Shown here one piece after another: positions 54,780-64,000 of a DNA stretch of 64,000 bases; the first letter of the stretch is position 1; every line of letters begins with the position of its first letter. Both the position numbers and the translations under genes were made by a program. The notes beneath the pieces were generated by a model that did not search any database, was not told the origin of the DNA, and saw only the letters and a list, made by a program, of their open reading frames with translations. The DNA comes from a virus: positions 32,001-96,000 of the IMG/VR virus record IMGVR_UViG_3300049571_000380. One strand, given 5' to 3'.

Positions 54780-57700
54780 ATGGCGCTGGTTAATACGCTG
54801 GTCGTTCGCTTCCGGGCGTACGCCGCGAACGGTGCGGCGATCGGCATCCTTCCGCATCCGCTTTCCTGGGAAGCGGGCATCCCGCTCAACGACATGCCCT
54901 CGCTGACGATGACCTATCCGGACGGCTCGGATGCGGCGAACCTGCTGAAGTCGCCCTGTGAAGTAGCGCTTGAGCTGCGCGATCCCAGCACCGGAACCTT
55001 CACCGAGCACCCGGGGTGCCGGTTCATGAACGTCCGCCGGTCTTTCGACCTGGCGGCCCGGCCGCGCATCCTCTCCTTCACGATGCCGTCGTACGGATGG
55101 CAGCTCAAGAAGGTCCGCTGGATGGACGCGGACAACCCGCGCCTGAACAAGGACGGGCAGATCGCCTACAAGACGGCCGTCTCCCCGGCACTTCCCGTCA
55201 AGGACATCATCGACTACGCCAAGAACCGTGGAAACATTCCCGGCCTGACGTACGACTTCACGGGAAGTGTCGACTCCGCAGGCACCGCCTGGGGCGTCAC
55301 GATGAAGGGCAACTTCGACTACGGCCAGGACGCCTGGTCGATGATCGACGCCCTTTCCCGGCAGGGCTTCTTCGACTGGCGGATGAACAAGCGCGTCCTC
55401 CAGATGTACAAGGCCGACACGACGCTGCGCCGCCAGCTCGACACCGACACGGGCGTGCACGTCCACAGCATGGTCGGTACCACCGAGGAGCCGGTCGAAC
55501 GCACTTGGGAAGACCTCGCTGGATTCATCGTGGCCGTCGGTGACCAGCAGCTCATCTCCGGCTTGGTCGAGGCGCCGGACTCCGTCGAGTACCCCTGGGG
55601 CAAGTGGGACGAATCGATCTCCGCCTCGGGCGTCACCGACGTCCAGACCCTCGCCCAGATTACCGACAACCTGCTGCTCACGAAGTACAAGAGCCGCACC
55701 CAGTACACGAAGAAGTTCGTCTGGACCGAGGGCGCCCCGGTGCCCCTCGTGGACTACCGGCCGGGCGACTTCATCCGGGCCATGAGCGACGCGACTTCGG
55801 GCGCCCAGAAGGCGTCGATGCGCGTCTACCAGATCACCCTCTCCGGGACGGATCCGTACGGCGTCGGCGTGGCGCTCACCCTCAACGACCGGTTCACCGA
55901 CCGTGCCCTCCAGACGGAGCGCTGGGTATCCCGCGTATCGGGCGCAGGCGGCCCCACAGGCGGCGGAGGAACGGGCGCTGGCACGAAGCCGCAGAAGCCC
56001 GCCCCGATCGACTCCACGCCTCCCAAGGCGCCGATCCTGAACTCGGTTACCAATGAGCCCTACTTCTCCGAGCTGGGTGACCCGGTCTCGATGGCCGACG
56101 TGGCATTCCAGGTGGCCACCAAGGACGTCGAGAACCGCACGATCGACATCCTGCGGTACAACGTGGCCGCGCGCCGGTCGGACTTCAACTGGCAGCAGGC
56201 GTTCACCGTCCAGGTGACGCAGCCCGATTCGCCGTCCACCGGTCAGGTCATCCACGCCAAGGTGCCTCTGCTGGACTCGGGCTACAGCTACGAGTTCCGG
56301 GTTCAGGCGATCCGCGACTCGGGCTACGCCTCGGACTGGTCGAACGCCATCACGCAGACAATGGGCTACCCGACCACTGCCCCCGAGATTCCGTCGGCAC
56401 CGATTCTGTCGACGAAGCTCAGCACGGTGAAGGCCGAGTGGGACGGAAAAGACGAGGACGGCAACGCCTATCCGCCGGAGTTTCGCGAGGTGCAGGTCGA
56501 AGCCTCGACGGACAACTCCACCTGGTATCACGTCGGGGACATCTTCTCCGGCGGTGCCGGACTCATCATGAGCGGCAAGGGCGGCCTGCCGACCTGGGAC
56601 GTCGGCGATACCGTCTACGTGCGCTTCAAGGCGATGAACAGCGCCTCGGTCATCTCGGCGGTCTCCGCCGTCAGCTCGATTGTCGTGCTCGGCGTCAGCG
56701 GCCCGGACATCGCCGCGAACACGATCACGGCCAACAACATCGCCACCGGCACCCTGACCGCCGAGCAGATCAAGGCGCACAGCCTCACGGTCGAGAACCT
56801 GGCCGTCGGCAACCCGGCCAACCTGGTCGTCGACCCGACATTCTCCTCCGCACCGCTGAACACCGCACGCCTGGCGCAGGCGACGGGGTCTTCCGGCAGC
56901 GGTGTCGCCTGGACCATCACGGCGGCCGGTGCCGTCAGGATTGACAACAACTCGGGCGCGAACAACTTCAACCGGTTCGGCTTCACCAACAACACGCTGG
57001 TGAACTATCCGCTCCAGATGTTCCCGGGTCCGAGCCTGAGCAGCAACGAGCTGGCGATCCCCTTCACGCGGCCCGGCAACACGGACGGCGTTTCGACGGG
57101 AAGCATCAAGTGCCGGTTCGTCGTCACCGCGACCGGCATCCCGGCCAGCCCGGGGGCCGCGACGATCAACGTGGCCATGCTGTCGCGCCAGTTCCAGAGC
57201 AGTGGTGCGCCCATCTCCACCTCCGGCACCATCCGGTCGGACTTCACCATCTCGGCGAACGGCACGTACACCGTCGAGTCGACCACCGGGTGGAACCCGG
57301 CGGCCGGAACCGTCAGCTACATCCCTTACCTGTATGTAAAGTTCGAGAACACGGTGGATCCGGCGGTGGCGCTGGAGTTCACGCAGATCGAGATCTGGCA
57401 GGAGCAGTCGGTCTTCATCGGCGACGGCCTGATCAAGACTCCGCTGCTCGCAGCCAACGCGGTGACCACCGACATCCTGTACGCCGATGCCATCACGGCC
57501 AAGCACTCGATCCACTCCGCGTACTACGAGATGACCAGCCAGTCAGGTGGCGCCGTCATCAAGATCACCGAGAACGCGAACTTCAACGGCCAGTCCGGTA
57601 TCCGGTGGGACGGCCTGACCAACTACGGGCCCCGCATCTTCCAGGCCGACGCCTCCGGTACAGGCGGTTGGGACCCGCGTGGTTTCGTCATCACGGGTCC

Positions 57701-58100
57701 GGAGCAGACAGTGAACTCCTCCGGCCGCGTCGATATGCAGTTCGCGTACGGAGTCGGCAACTCGAAGATCTCCCGTCAATACGGTTCGGAGACAATCTCC
57801 GTTCAGGGCATTTACTGGGACTCCTCGGTAGCCCGTTTCCGCATTGGCGGCATGTTCAACACAGGCCACTTCCAGAACGACATGTTCCGCATGGACCGCG
57901 TTGGCTTCCAAAATGGTACATACTCGTACGGATCGGTGACCACACGTCGGTACTACCCGATCCTCTGCCCCAACGGTGGATCCAGTCCAGTGACCAGCTC
58001 CGTCTACCAGTTCCCTAGTGGAACCGAGGGTGGGTTCCAGTACGTTTCCAGCTCGGGAGTGAGCGAAGTATTCTTCATCTGCATGTGCGGAACTCCGTGA
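54780..58100 (+). CDS. tail hub / host-specificity protein with Fn3-like domains
   Basis: 1106 aa; YEFRVQA, VYVRFKAMN, ITA..IATGTLTAEQI. Confidence 0.8.
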   Translation: MALVNTLVVRFRAYAANGAAIGILPHPLSWEAGIPLNDMPSLTMTYPDGSDAANLLKSPCEVALELRDPSTGTFTEHPGCRFMNVRRSFDLAARPRILSFTMPSYGWQLKKVRWMDADNPRLNKDGQIAYKTAVSPALPVKDIIDYAKNRGNIPGLTYDFTGSVDSAGTAWGVTMKGNFDYGQDAWSMIDALSRQGFFDWRMNKRVLQMYKADTTLRRQLDTDTGVHVHSMVGTTEEPVERTWEDLAGFIVAVGDQQLISGLVEAPDSVEYPWGKWDESISASGVTDVQTLAQITDNLLLTKYKSRTQYTKKFVWTEGAPVPLVDYRPGDFIRAMSDATSGAQKASMRVYQITLSGTDPYGVGVALTLNDRFTDRALQTERWVSRVSGAGGPTGGGGTGAGTKPQKPAPIDSTPPKAPILNSVTNEPYFSELGDPVSMADVAFQVATKDVENRTIDILRYNVAARRSDFNWQQAFTVQVTQPDSPSTGQVIHAKVPLLDSGYSYEFRVQAIRDSGYASDWSNAITQTMGYPTTAPEIPSAPILSTKLSTVKAEWDGKDEDGNAYPPEFREVQVEASTDNSTWYHVGDIFSGGAGLIMSGKGGLPTWDVGDTVYVRFKAMNSASVISAVSAVSSIVVLGVSGPDIAANTITANNIATGTLTAEQIKAHSLTVENLAVGNPANLVVDPTFSSAPLNTARLAQATGSSGSGVAWTITAAGAVRIDNNSGANNFNRFGFTNNTLVNYPLQMFPGPSLSSNELAIPFTRPGNTDGVSTGSIKCRFVVTATGIPASPGAATINVAMLSRQFQSSGAPISTSGTIRSDFTISANGTYTVESTTGWNPAAGTVSYIPYLYVKFENTVDPAVALEFTQIEIWQEQSVFIGDGLIKTPLLAANAVTTDILYADAITAKHSIHSAYYEMTSQSGGAVIKITENANFNGQSGIRWDGLTNYGPRIFQADASGTGGWDPRGFVITGPEQTVNSSGRVDMQFAYGVGNSKISRQYGSETISVQGIYWDSSVARFRIGGMFNTGHFQNDMFRMDRVGFQNGTYSYGSVTTRRYYPILCPNGGSSPVTSSVYQFPSGTEGGFQYVSSSGVSEVFFICMCGTP

Positions 58101-58106
58101 GGAACG

Positions 58107-58877
58107 ATGGCTGAAATCGACGTGATCCGGCACGTAATCCGGCCGCACCAGCCCGCGAGGGGCGAGGAGTACGACCCGACGCAGGACATGCTGATCGTTG
58201 TCCACAGGAACCCCAACGATCCGGACGACCCGGTCGAGTTCGGCCACCACATCCGGATGAGCGTGGTCGCCTACCGCAAGGAGATGTGGGGGCTGGGGGA
58301 CTACGCCAGCACCATCGACATGGAGCTGAGGGATCTGGAGCGGTACTACGCCCGGGAGTCCGACGACGAGGACTACGGGGTCCATCCGCTGGCCACCATC
58401 ACGGAGCACTACTTCGACGCCCCACCGGTCCGCATGAAGTCCTTCGGTCCGGACTACGTGATGGACCGAGTCGAATCCCAGCTCACCGCCCTGCCGGGAA
58501 CCACGGACGGTGCGGTGAAGATGTGCCTGGACACGGTGCTGTCGGGAATCGAGGACGTGAAGGGGTGCCTGGCGTCGGACCAGCAGCAGACCTTCCCCTG
58601 CAAGGGGATGACCGGACTGTCGACCGACACGGTGAGCGCCCGGGGCGACACGATGATGCGCATGGAGGAGCAGACTCAGCGCTTGACGCTGGTCCCCTCG
58701 GCTCCACTCGACGAGGTGCGCCAGCTCCTGACCGACCGGGAGAGCGAGCTGGAGACCGCTCGGACCGGGTTCGTGGATCACGCTCTGATGACCAGCAACG
58801 TGCCGGAGATCATGCGTAAGCGGGTGGTGGCCGCCGCCGTCAGGCGCGGCATTCTGGAGGAGAACACGTGGATGTAG
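58107..58877 (+). CDS. hypothetical protein (tail region)
   Basis: 256 aa, SD GAGG. Confidence 0.75.
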   Translation: MAEIDVIRHVIRPHQPARGEEYDPTQDMLIVVHRNPNDPDDPVEFGHHIRMSVVAYRKEMWGLGDYASTIDMELRDLERYYARESDDEDYGVHPLATITEHYFDAPPVRMKSFGPDYVMDRVESQLTALPGTTDGAVKMCLDTVLSGIEDVKGCLASDQQQTFPCKGMTGLSTDTVSARGDTMMRMEEQTQRLTLVPSAPLDEVRQLLTDRESELETARTGFVDHALMTSNVPEIMRKRVVAAAVRRGILEENTWM

Positions 58878-58882
58878 GAACG

Positions 58883-59047
58883 GTGTCCTCAGAGGATGTG
58901 CTGGGTTCGTACGAACGCCAGCTCACCGAGGCTCACAGGAAGATCGCCATGCTGGAGGCCGCACTGGAGCGCGAGCGCCGGGCCGCCTCGCAGGCTCGTA
59001 TCGCCAGTCAGCAGTCCGATCAGGCCGATCCGCAGGAGATGCCGTGA
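58883..59047 (+). CDS. small coiled-coil protein
   Basis: MSSEDVLGSYERQLTEAHRKIAMLE; coupled to next gene. Confidence 0.55.
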   Translation: MSSEDVLGSYERQLTEAHRKIAMLEAALERERRAASQARIASQQSDQADPQEMP

Positions 59048-59517
59048 CCGACCTTCAGATCCCGCCGGATGGTGTGATCGCGAAGCTCCCCTTCGAAATC
59101 CCCCAGCCGGGCGACTTCCCCACCATCGGCGGGGTGCGCGTCTACTTCACCTTCGGGCAGGACAACCCCAGCCCGTTCCAGCCCAGGCTCCTGCTGGACG
59201 GCGTGAACTACACGCTCACCGAGAGCGCCACCGGGCCGATGAGCCGGACCTTCATCGCGCAGCTTCCCGCCCCGATGGATGCCCCACGGCAGGCCGAGGT
59301 CTGGGTGAACGAAGGCATCTCGCTGGAGCCTGGCTGCACCATCACGGCATACGCCTGGGGCGCTCAGACCGAGTCCGGCACGGGCGCCCTGAATCCGGAC
59401 GAAGGCGGAGAGCCCAGCACGATGACCGAGACCATCGAACTGGGCACCGTCACAGTGCTGACGTGGCCCGAGTGGAACCGCCTCACGGGCGCGAACGAGG
59501 GACTGGAAGGCTCGTAG
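59044..59517 (+). CDS. hypothetical protein
   Basis: 157-aa ORF ending the rightward operon. Confidence 0.7.
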   Translation: MTDLQIPPDGVIAKLPFEIPQPGDFPTIGGVRVYFTFGQDNPSPFQPRLLLDGVNYTLTESATGPMSRTFIAQLPAPMDAPRQAEVWVNEGISLEPGCTITAYAWGAQTESGTGALNPDEGGEPSTMTETIELGTVTVLTWPEWNRLTGANEGLEGS

Positions 59518-60031
59518 CCCGGCCGCCCCTCGGGTAGGCGACGCGGCAGACGGGCAGGTACCTCAGTCGTGTCAGGAACGACACGGCGTGGCGCAGGGAG
59601 TCCCTGACGTGGCGCTGGGCGTGCTCGTGGCCCATATGGAGGCCCAGCGCCTCCAGCACCTCGTCGGGGACCATGTGCTTGGCCTCCACGGGCTCCTGCG
59701 CATGCACGGCCTCGAACAGCTTCCGCTCGAAGGCGAGCTGTTCCACCGATCCGATGACACGCAGGGCCGTGGTGTCCTTCTGGGCCGCGTTGTTGCGCAG
59801 GTGGAAGTTCTCGTACAGGAGCTGGTGCCTTCCGGGGAACCGCTGGCTCCATTCGACGAGCTTCATCGACGGCATAGCGGAGTCCTGCTCCAGCCGTGGG
59901 TCGTAGGGAACCGTGGCCCAGTCGACCAGCTCGAACTCGCGTGGCCGGATGTGAAGCAGGCTCATCCCGGTCTGGCCTCCGGGGTCCATGTTGTTGAGGA
60001 AGTACCCCTGCGCCGCGATCTCCGGACCCAT
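59483..60031 (-). CDS. RuvC-like Holliday junction resolvase
   Basis: MDPGGQTG, YENF, HVRDSLRH acidic tetrad pattern. Confidence 0.75.
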   Translation of the reverse strand: MGPEIAAQGYFLNNMDPGGQTGMSLLHIRPREFELVDWATVPYDPRLEQDSAMPSMKLVEWSQRFPGRHQLLYENFHLRNNAAQKDTTALRVIGSVEQLAFERKLFEAVHAQEPVEAKHMVPDEVLEALGLHMGHEHAQRHVRDSLRHAVSFLTRLRYLPVCRVAYPRGGRATSLPVPRSRP

Positions 60032-60067
60032 CTGAACATCCCTTCTCTTTCCGATAATTGGTGCCTA

Positions 60068-60274
60068 ATGAGCGAAAAGTCCTGGCGGTACGTGCACGCG
60101 TGGCCGGTTCCCCCCACCGACACGGAAGGCAACCGGCACGAGGTGCAGTACCAGGAGAACGCCGAGACCCGGCAGGTGCGGTACGTGCACCTGCCGAGCT
60201 GCTGGTGCCGGGCTACGCCGCCTTCTCGTAGCAGCCGATCCATGCCCGCGACGACGGGCTCGCCCCGCACGTGA
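60068..60274 (+). CDS. possible small protein
   Basis: GATAAT upstream; MSEKSWRYVHAW...CWC; 3' end overlaps polA. Confidence 0.35.
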   Translation: MSEKSWRYVHAWPVPPTDTEGNRHEVQYQENAETRQVRYVHLPSCWCRATPPSRSSRSMPATTGSPRT

Positions 60275-62180
60275 TCGGGACGGTCTCGAAGAAGGTCGTC
60301 AGCGCCTTCATGGCCTTCGCCGAGATCTCCTCGACGCGCTCCTCGGGGACCTCCAGCACGATCTCGTCATGGATCACGAGAACCAGCATCTCCAGCACCT
60401 CGCGGTCCATCCGCAGCAGCCCGTCGCAGAGCAGGTCCCGAGTCGTCGACTGGCCGACCTGGGCGGGCGCCTGCGTGTACTCCTGGCCCGGGATGACCCG
60501 CAGCGGGCGCCCCCACTTGCTGGGCACGAGGCCGGTCTGCTCGGCCTTCCGACGGATCCGGTTGCGCCAGCGGCACAGGACCGGGAAGGCGCGCTTCATC
60601 CCGTTGTCGAACTTCCTGGTGGTCTCCAGCGGCAGCCCGGTGTGGGCCGAGGCGCCCTTCGGGCCCTGGCCGTAGTTCCAGGCGTGGGTGATGGCCTTCG
60701 CCTTGCCGCGCGCCTCGTCGTCTCGGCTGCCGAAGACGCGGAACGCGACCTCGCGGTGCATGTCCATGCCGGGCCGGGCGAGCTTCATGTACTCCGGGTC
60801 CTGGCACCATCCGGCCACGGCTCGGGCGTCGACCTGGTCGAGGTCGATGGCGATGAAGACGTGCCCCCGCTTCGCCTTGAACATCTTGCGCTGGAGCAGC
60901 GCCGCGCCGCGCTTACCGATGTTCGTCACCGAGGGCTTGATGTGGGCCCAGCGGCCGGACGCCTGGATGTCGCCGATCTGCGGGTGCACGCGGCCGTCGG
61001 GGCAGACGTTCTCCAGCACCTCTTCGGCCTTGGCGCTCGCTGAGCCGACCATGATGGCCGCTTCGCACAGCTCCAGCACCTCGGGGTTGTCGGCGTACTT
61101 CCGGCTCAGACCCGGGATGGACTCCTGGCCGCGCAGCCAGGCATCCTTGCCGAGGGCATCTTTCGAGAGGGCGAGCTTGCCGCCGTTCAGGGTGTACGGC
61201 ACGTCCTCGTCGCGGACTCCGGCCCGGCGCAGCGCCCGCTCGAAGGCGTCACGCCCTTCGGTCGTGGTGAGCGGCGAGGCGCCGATCGTCTTGCTGCGCC
61301 ACTTCCAGCCCATGCGCAGGTCGGGGCACGGCCGCAGGAACAGCGACTCGTACAGCGAGCGCACCCGCTTGCCGTGCTTGGTGGTGCGCGGGATCCGCAC
61401 CTCGACGCGCTCCTGCCAGCGGACCTCGGAGTGCGGCAGCGGCACTCCGGCCTTCTCGTGCAGCAGCTCGTACGCCTTGCTGCGCTGCTGCTCGGCCAGC
61501 TTGATCTGCCGGTGGACCTCGTCCATGTCGACGCCGAGACCCTTGAGGTACATGCCGTTCTGGATCGCCGAGATCAGCATCTCGCGCTTGACCACGGGAA
61601 TCAGGTTCCGGCGGTATGCCCGGCGCCCCATCTCGCGGTACACGTCACGCCCGGCAATGAGGTCGCCCCGCAGGTAGTCCCAGTACTCGGCCAGTTTCTG
61701 CGGGATCTTGTCGTAGCCGCCGTACTGCGCGGCCATGCGCGGCAGGTGGTCGGTCTTCCCCTCGAAGCCGTAGCGCTCGGCCACGTCGTTGAGCCGGTAG
61801 CTGATCCGCAGATCAGACGGGGTCAGGCCGCGCCGCGCGAGCGCCTTGAAGTTGAGCTTCACGCCGGGCCGCAGCTTCGGGTACGGCGGGTTGATGGTGC
61901 GCTCGCCCACGAGGGTGTCGACAGCCTTCTCGGCCAGCTCGTGGTAGTTCGCGCCGCAGTGCACGGCCAGGGCCACGAGGTCAAACCCCAATATATTATG
62001 CCCGAATATTATGCTCGCTTCTTTGAGTACGTTTATCAATTCCTGCGGATCCGTAGATACTTGCGGTTCACCGTCATCTACTACCCAACCCACGAGTCTG
62101 ACGAATGGACCTTCGTATCCACCACGAAACAACAATTCAGCACTTGCCGTCTCGATGTCGAATCCAACTACGCCAGCCAT
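60213..62180 (-). CDS. polA: family A DNA polymerase with 3'-5' exonuclease
   Basis: ExoI FDIET, ExoII HNILGFD, motif A DLDQVDAR, motif B KAKAITHAWNYG, motif C IHDEI. Confidence 0.95.
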   Translation of the reverse strand: MAGVVGFDIETASAELLFRGGYEGPFVRLVGWVVDDGEPQVSTDPQELINVLKEASIIFGHNILGFDLVALAVHCGANYHELAEKAVDTLVGERTINPPYPKLRPGVKLNFKALARRGLTPSDLRISYRLNDVAERYGFEGKTDHLPRMAAQYGGYDKIPQKLAEYWDYLRGDLIAGRDVYREMGRRAYRRNLIPVVKREMLISAIQNGMYLKGLGVDMDEVHRQIKLAEQQRSKAYELLHEKAGVPLPHSEVRWQERVEVRIPRTTKHGKRVRSLYESLFLRPCPDLRMGWKWRSKTIGASPLTTTEGRDAFERALRRAGVRDEDVPYTLNGGKLALSKDALGKDAWLRGQESIPGLSRKYADNPEVLELCEAAIMVGSASAKAEEVLENVCPDGRVHPQIGDIQASGRWAHIKPSVTNIGKRGAALLQRKMFKAKRGHVFIAIDLDQVDARAVAGWCQDPEYMKLARPGMDMHREVAFRVFGSRDDEARGKAKAITHAWNYGQGPKGASAHTGLPLETTRKFDNGMKRAFPVLCRWRNRIRRKAEQTGLVPSKWGRPLRVIPGQEYTQAPAQVGQSTTRDLLCDGLLRMDREVLEMLVLVIHDEIVLEVPEERVEEISAKAMKALTTFFETVPITCGASPSSRAWIGCYEKAA

Positions 62181-63125
62181 TTCTCCATCTCCTTTCCGGA
62201 TTCACTGAATCGAGATGATTAGGGTAGATGTACCCTAATGAGATTCTGGATGAATCCTTCATGCGATCCATCGAAATACTCTTTGCCTTTAACTGGGTTG
62301 ACTCCTCCGGTGCGAAGAGATTTAATTACTGCCTGCTCCGTTGCGTAAGCAACTCCAGCAGGGAGTCCCCGACGGAGCACCAGGACTTCGGTGAAGCCTG
62401 CTGCGGCGTGGACACCTAGGCGAGGTCGTGGATTCAGACTGGTGATTCCGAATTTCACCCAATTCCGCTCAGGGTTGCGCACCAAGTAGAAGATGTCTTG
62501 ATTCGTCCAGGTGCACTTTAGGCAAATACCTTGCCCGTTTCGAACATTCGCGGGCATCGGCGAACACGCGTGTCCCTCTGAGCAGGTGACCCTATGCGGC
62601 TTCTGGCTTCCCAGCCACGCTTCCTCAAGAAGGGTGGCTCCGATTGCCTTCAGATGCTCCTTGAATGACGTCTCTGCGTCTATGGATTTCTGGAAACGCT
62701 TCGTCCATATTTTATTTGTCTGGCCGCACTTCTCACACAATCCGTTACCTATGTTTACGCTCTGCGGTCTCGGATAAGTTTCATGCCCCTCTGGGCAGAG
62801 TACTCGATGAGGTTGCTTCGACCCCTTCCAGGTTTCTTCGAGGACAATTCCGCCAAGTTCGCCGACACGCTTCCTAAAAGAAGCCTCAGCGGCAAACGAC
62901 GCTTCATCGCGCGTGGATCCTTGACCGGTAACGCGGTCACCACAAAGTCTGCACATGCCATACCCTTTGAGGATATTACACGGCCTTACCTGAGTTGAAT
63001 GTCCAGCCGGGCATAGCACTTCATGGGGTTCACGAAGTCCCGCCCATTCTCCAGAAAATGTTCCGCCCAATTCCTCAATTTTGGATCTAAAGTTTCGTTC
63101 GGCTTCAATCGATTTAGCAGTCCTT
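61981..63125 (-). mobile_element. low-GC cassette: endonuclease gene plus 5' end of polA
   Basis: GC drops from 42/60 (61921-61980) to 21/60 (61981-62040) and recovers near 63125. Confidence 0.75.
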
Positions 63126-63130
63126 GCCAT
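62219..63130 (-). CDS. free-standing homing endonuclease-like protein: three Zn-finger repeats plus T5orf172/MUG113-type GIY-YIG domain
   Basis: 3x H.V.C..GH-X15-C..C; C-terminal FYLV...VKFGIT...RL...EQ...EYF. Confidence 0.75.
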   Translation of the reverse strand: MARTAKSIEAERNFRSKIEELGGTFSGEWAGLREPHEVLCPAGHSTQVRPCNILKGYGMCRLCGDRVTGQGSTRDEASFAAEASFRKRVGELGGIVLEETWKGSKQPHRVLCPEGHETYPRPQSVNIGNGLCEKCGQTNKIWTKRFQKSIDAETSFKEHLKAIGATLLEEAWLGSQKPHRVTCSEGHACSPMPANVRNGQGICLKCTWTNQDIFYLVRNPERNWVKFGITSLNPRPRLGVHAAAGFTEVLVLRRGLPAGVAYATEQAVIKSLRTGGVNPVKGKEYFDGSHEGFIQNLIRVHLP

Positions 63131-63145
63131 CTCTTCCCCTCTCCG

Positions 63146-64000
63146 TCAGGCTGTTCCCGTGGTTGCCGGGAGGAGGTACTTGTCCTCCCAGGCGTAGAGC
63201 AGGCTGTAGTACCTGCCGCCGAGGTGCCGGGCGCGATGTGGCCTAGGCAGCTCGGGGATGCACAAATGGTAGCAGTCCTCACCGTTTCTAGGGACGGGCG
63301 TCGCCGTGAAGATGTTCTCCTTCAAGAGCATTTCCGGGAACAGGTCGCGGACCCACTCCTGGCCGTAGACGTACGGCGCCAGCTCCACGTCCCGCTGACT
63401 CGCCATGCCCTGCCAGAACATCTGGTCCTCGCGCGAGCGCACCGACAGCGTGTCCAGGTCCGGGCCGACCGGCGTGAACTGCACCCCGCGCGACGGCTCC
63501 AGCAGGACCACTTTCGGGACGCCCGTGAGCCGGGACGCCATCGCCTCGGGTACGCCCTTGTCGCGGACGATGTCGGCGGCGAACAGGCGGAAAGCTGTAT
63601 CCCCGCGTGTCGCCGCCTCCAGGGCCAGGTGCACCACCCGCATGTCACAGGACCCGAGCACTCGCGTGGCCTGCATACCATCGGGCCGGACCATCCACTT
63701 CTGGCAGGTCGTCGAGGGCAGCTCGGTCATCTCCTCGAAGAAGGAGGAGCTGAAGAGCATCAGCGGGCTGAGCAGGGTCACCGCCGCCAGCCGACGCCGC
63801 CTGCTCCACCTGCGGCGGTTTACGTGGGCCCACCAGGTGAAGGAGAGGATCTGACCCCTCTCCACCGGGCTGTACACGTGGAGCAGATCGACGTCGGCCG
63901 GGTTGGTGTTGTACGGGCTGCGGAAGACGGTCCGGTTGGGGGCGTCCATGACGCGCTCCACGGCCCTCACGAGGTGCGGAAAGCGGTGCAGTGAGGGAAC
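63146..64000 (-). CDS. hypothetical protein, 3' part (frame open to window edge)
   Basis: Frame stays open 63146-64000. Confidence 0.65.
   Translation of the reverse strand, partial: VPSLHRFPHLVRAVERVMDAPNRTVFRSPYNTNPADVDLLHVYSPVERGQILSFTWWAHVNRRRWSRRRRLAAVTLLSPLMLFSSSFFEEMTELPSTTCQKWMVRPDGMQATRVLGSCDMRVVHLALEAATRGDTAFRLFAADIVRDKGVPEAMASRLTGVPKVVLLEPSRGVQFTPVGPDLDTLSVRSREDQMFWQGMASQRDVELAPYVYGQEWVRDLFPEMLLKENIFTATPVPRNGEDCYHLCIPELPRPHRARHLGGRYYSLLYAWEDKYLLPATTGTA

Noticed and set aside
53268-57515. 1415-aa minus-strand ORF (likewise 48288-50447 and 32453-34582)
   Set aside because: Antisense to tail and capsid genes; Arg/Gly-rich shadow translation with no recognisable motifs
26289-59517. 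Short GCAGGTC matches within structural genes as extra iterons
   Set aside because: Explained by common Gln-Val (CAG GTC) codon pairs
1-64000. Assignment to a named phage or cluster, or a temperate/prophage status
   Set aside because: No database access; no integrase, repressor or host flank recognised in the window

Overview
About 70% GC tailed (siphovirus-like) actinobacteriophage DNA, most likely Streptomyces-type (inferred from GC content, gene types and ThyX); no host genes are evident. Layout: (1) 1-12.9 kb, 26 small leftward early-type genes, many preceded by a GC-rich hairpin and an extended Shine-Dalgarno (ACGGAAGGGAGA), including an ArdA-like acidic protein; (2) about 12.9-15.6 kb, a non-coding, motif-dense block with two perfect TGTGA-N6-TCACA boxes, GCAGGTCA inverted repeats, a 32-bp alternating purine-pyrimidine palindrome, G4 motifs and GGAATGC repeats, probably the genome end or control region; (3) 15.6-26.2 kb, accessory genes (ThyX, two methyltransferase-like proteins, a protealysin-like M4 protease, an amber-interrupted PnuC-like gene, small terminase, HicB-like protein); (4) 26.3-35.3 kb, large terminase with a class 3 intein, portal, protease/scaffold, capsid and an Ig/PKD protein; (5) 35.4-42.0 kb, a reverse-strand block splitting head from tail genes, ending in two wHTH paralogues beside an AT-richer 830-bp gap; (6) 42.9-59.5 kb, neck and tail genes with two glycosyltransferases, a probable +1 chaperone frameshift and a 1739-aa tape measure; (7) 59.5-64 kb, RuvC-like resolvase and DNA polymerase A, whose first ~67 codons belong to a low-GC cassette carrying a zinc-finger GIY-YIG-like endonuclease. 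No tRNA, CRISPR array, integrase or lysis genes were recognised. All family assignments are by eye from motifs; no searches were run.
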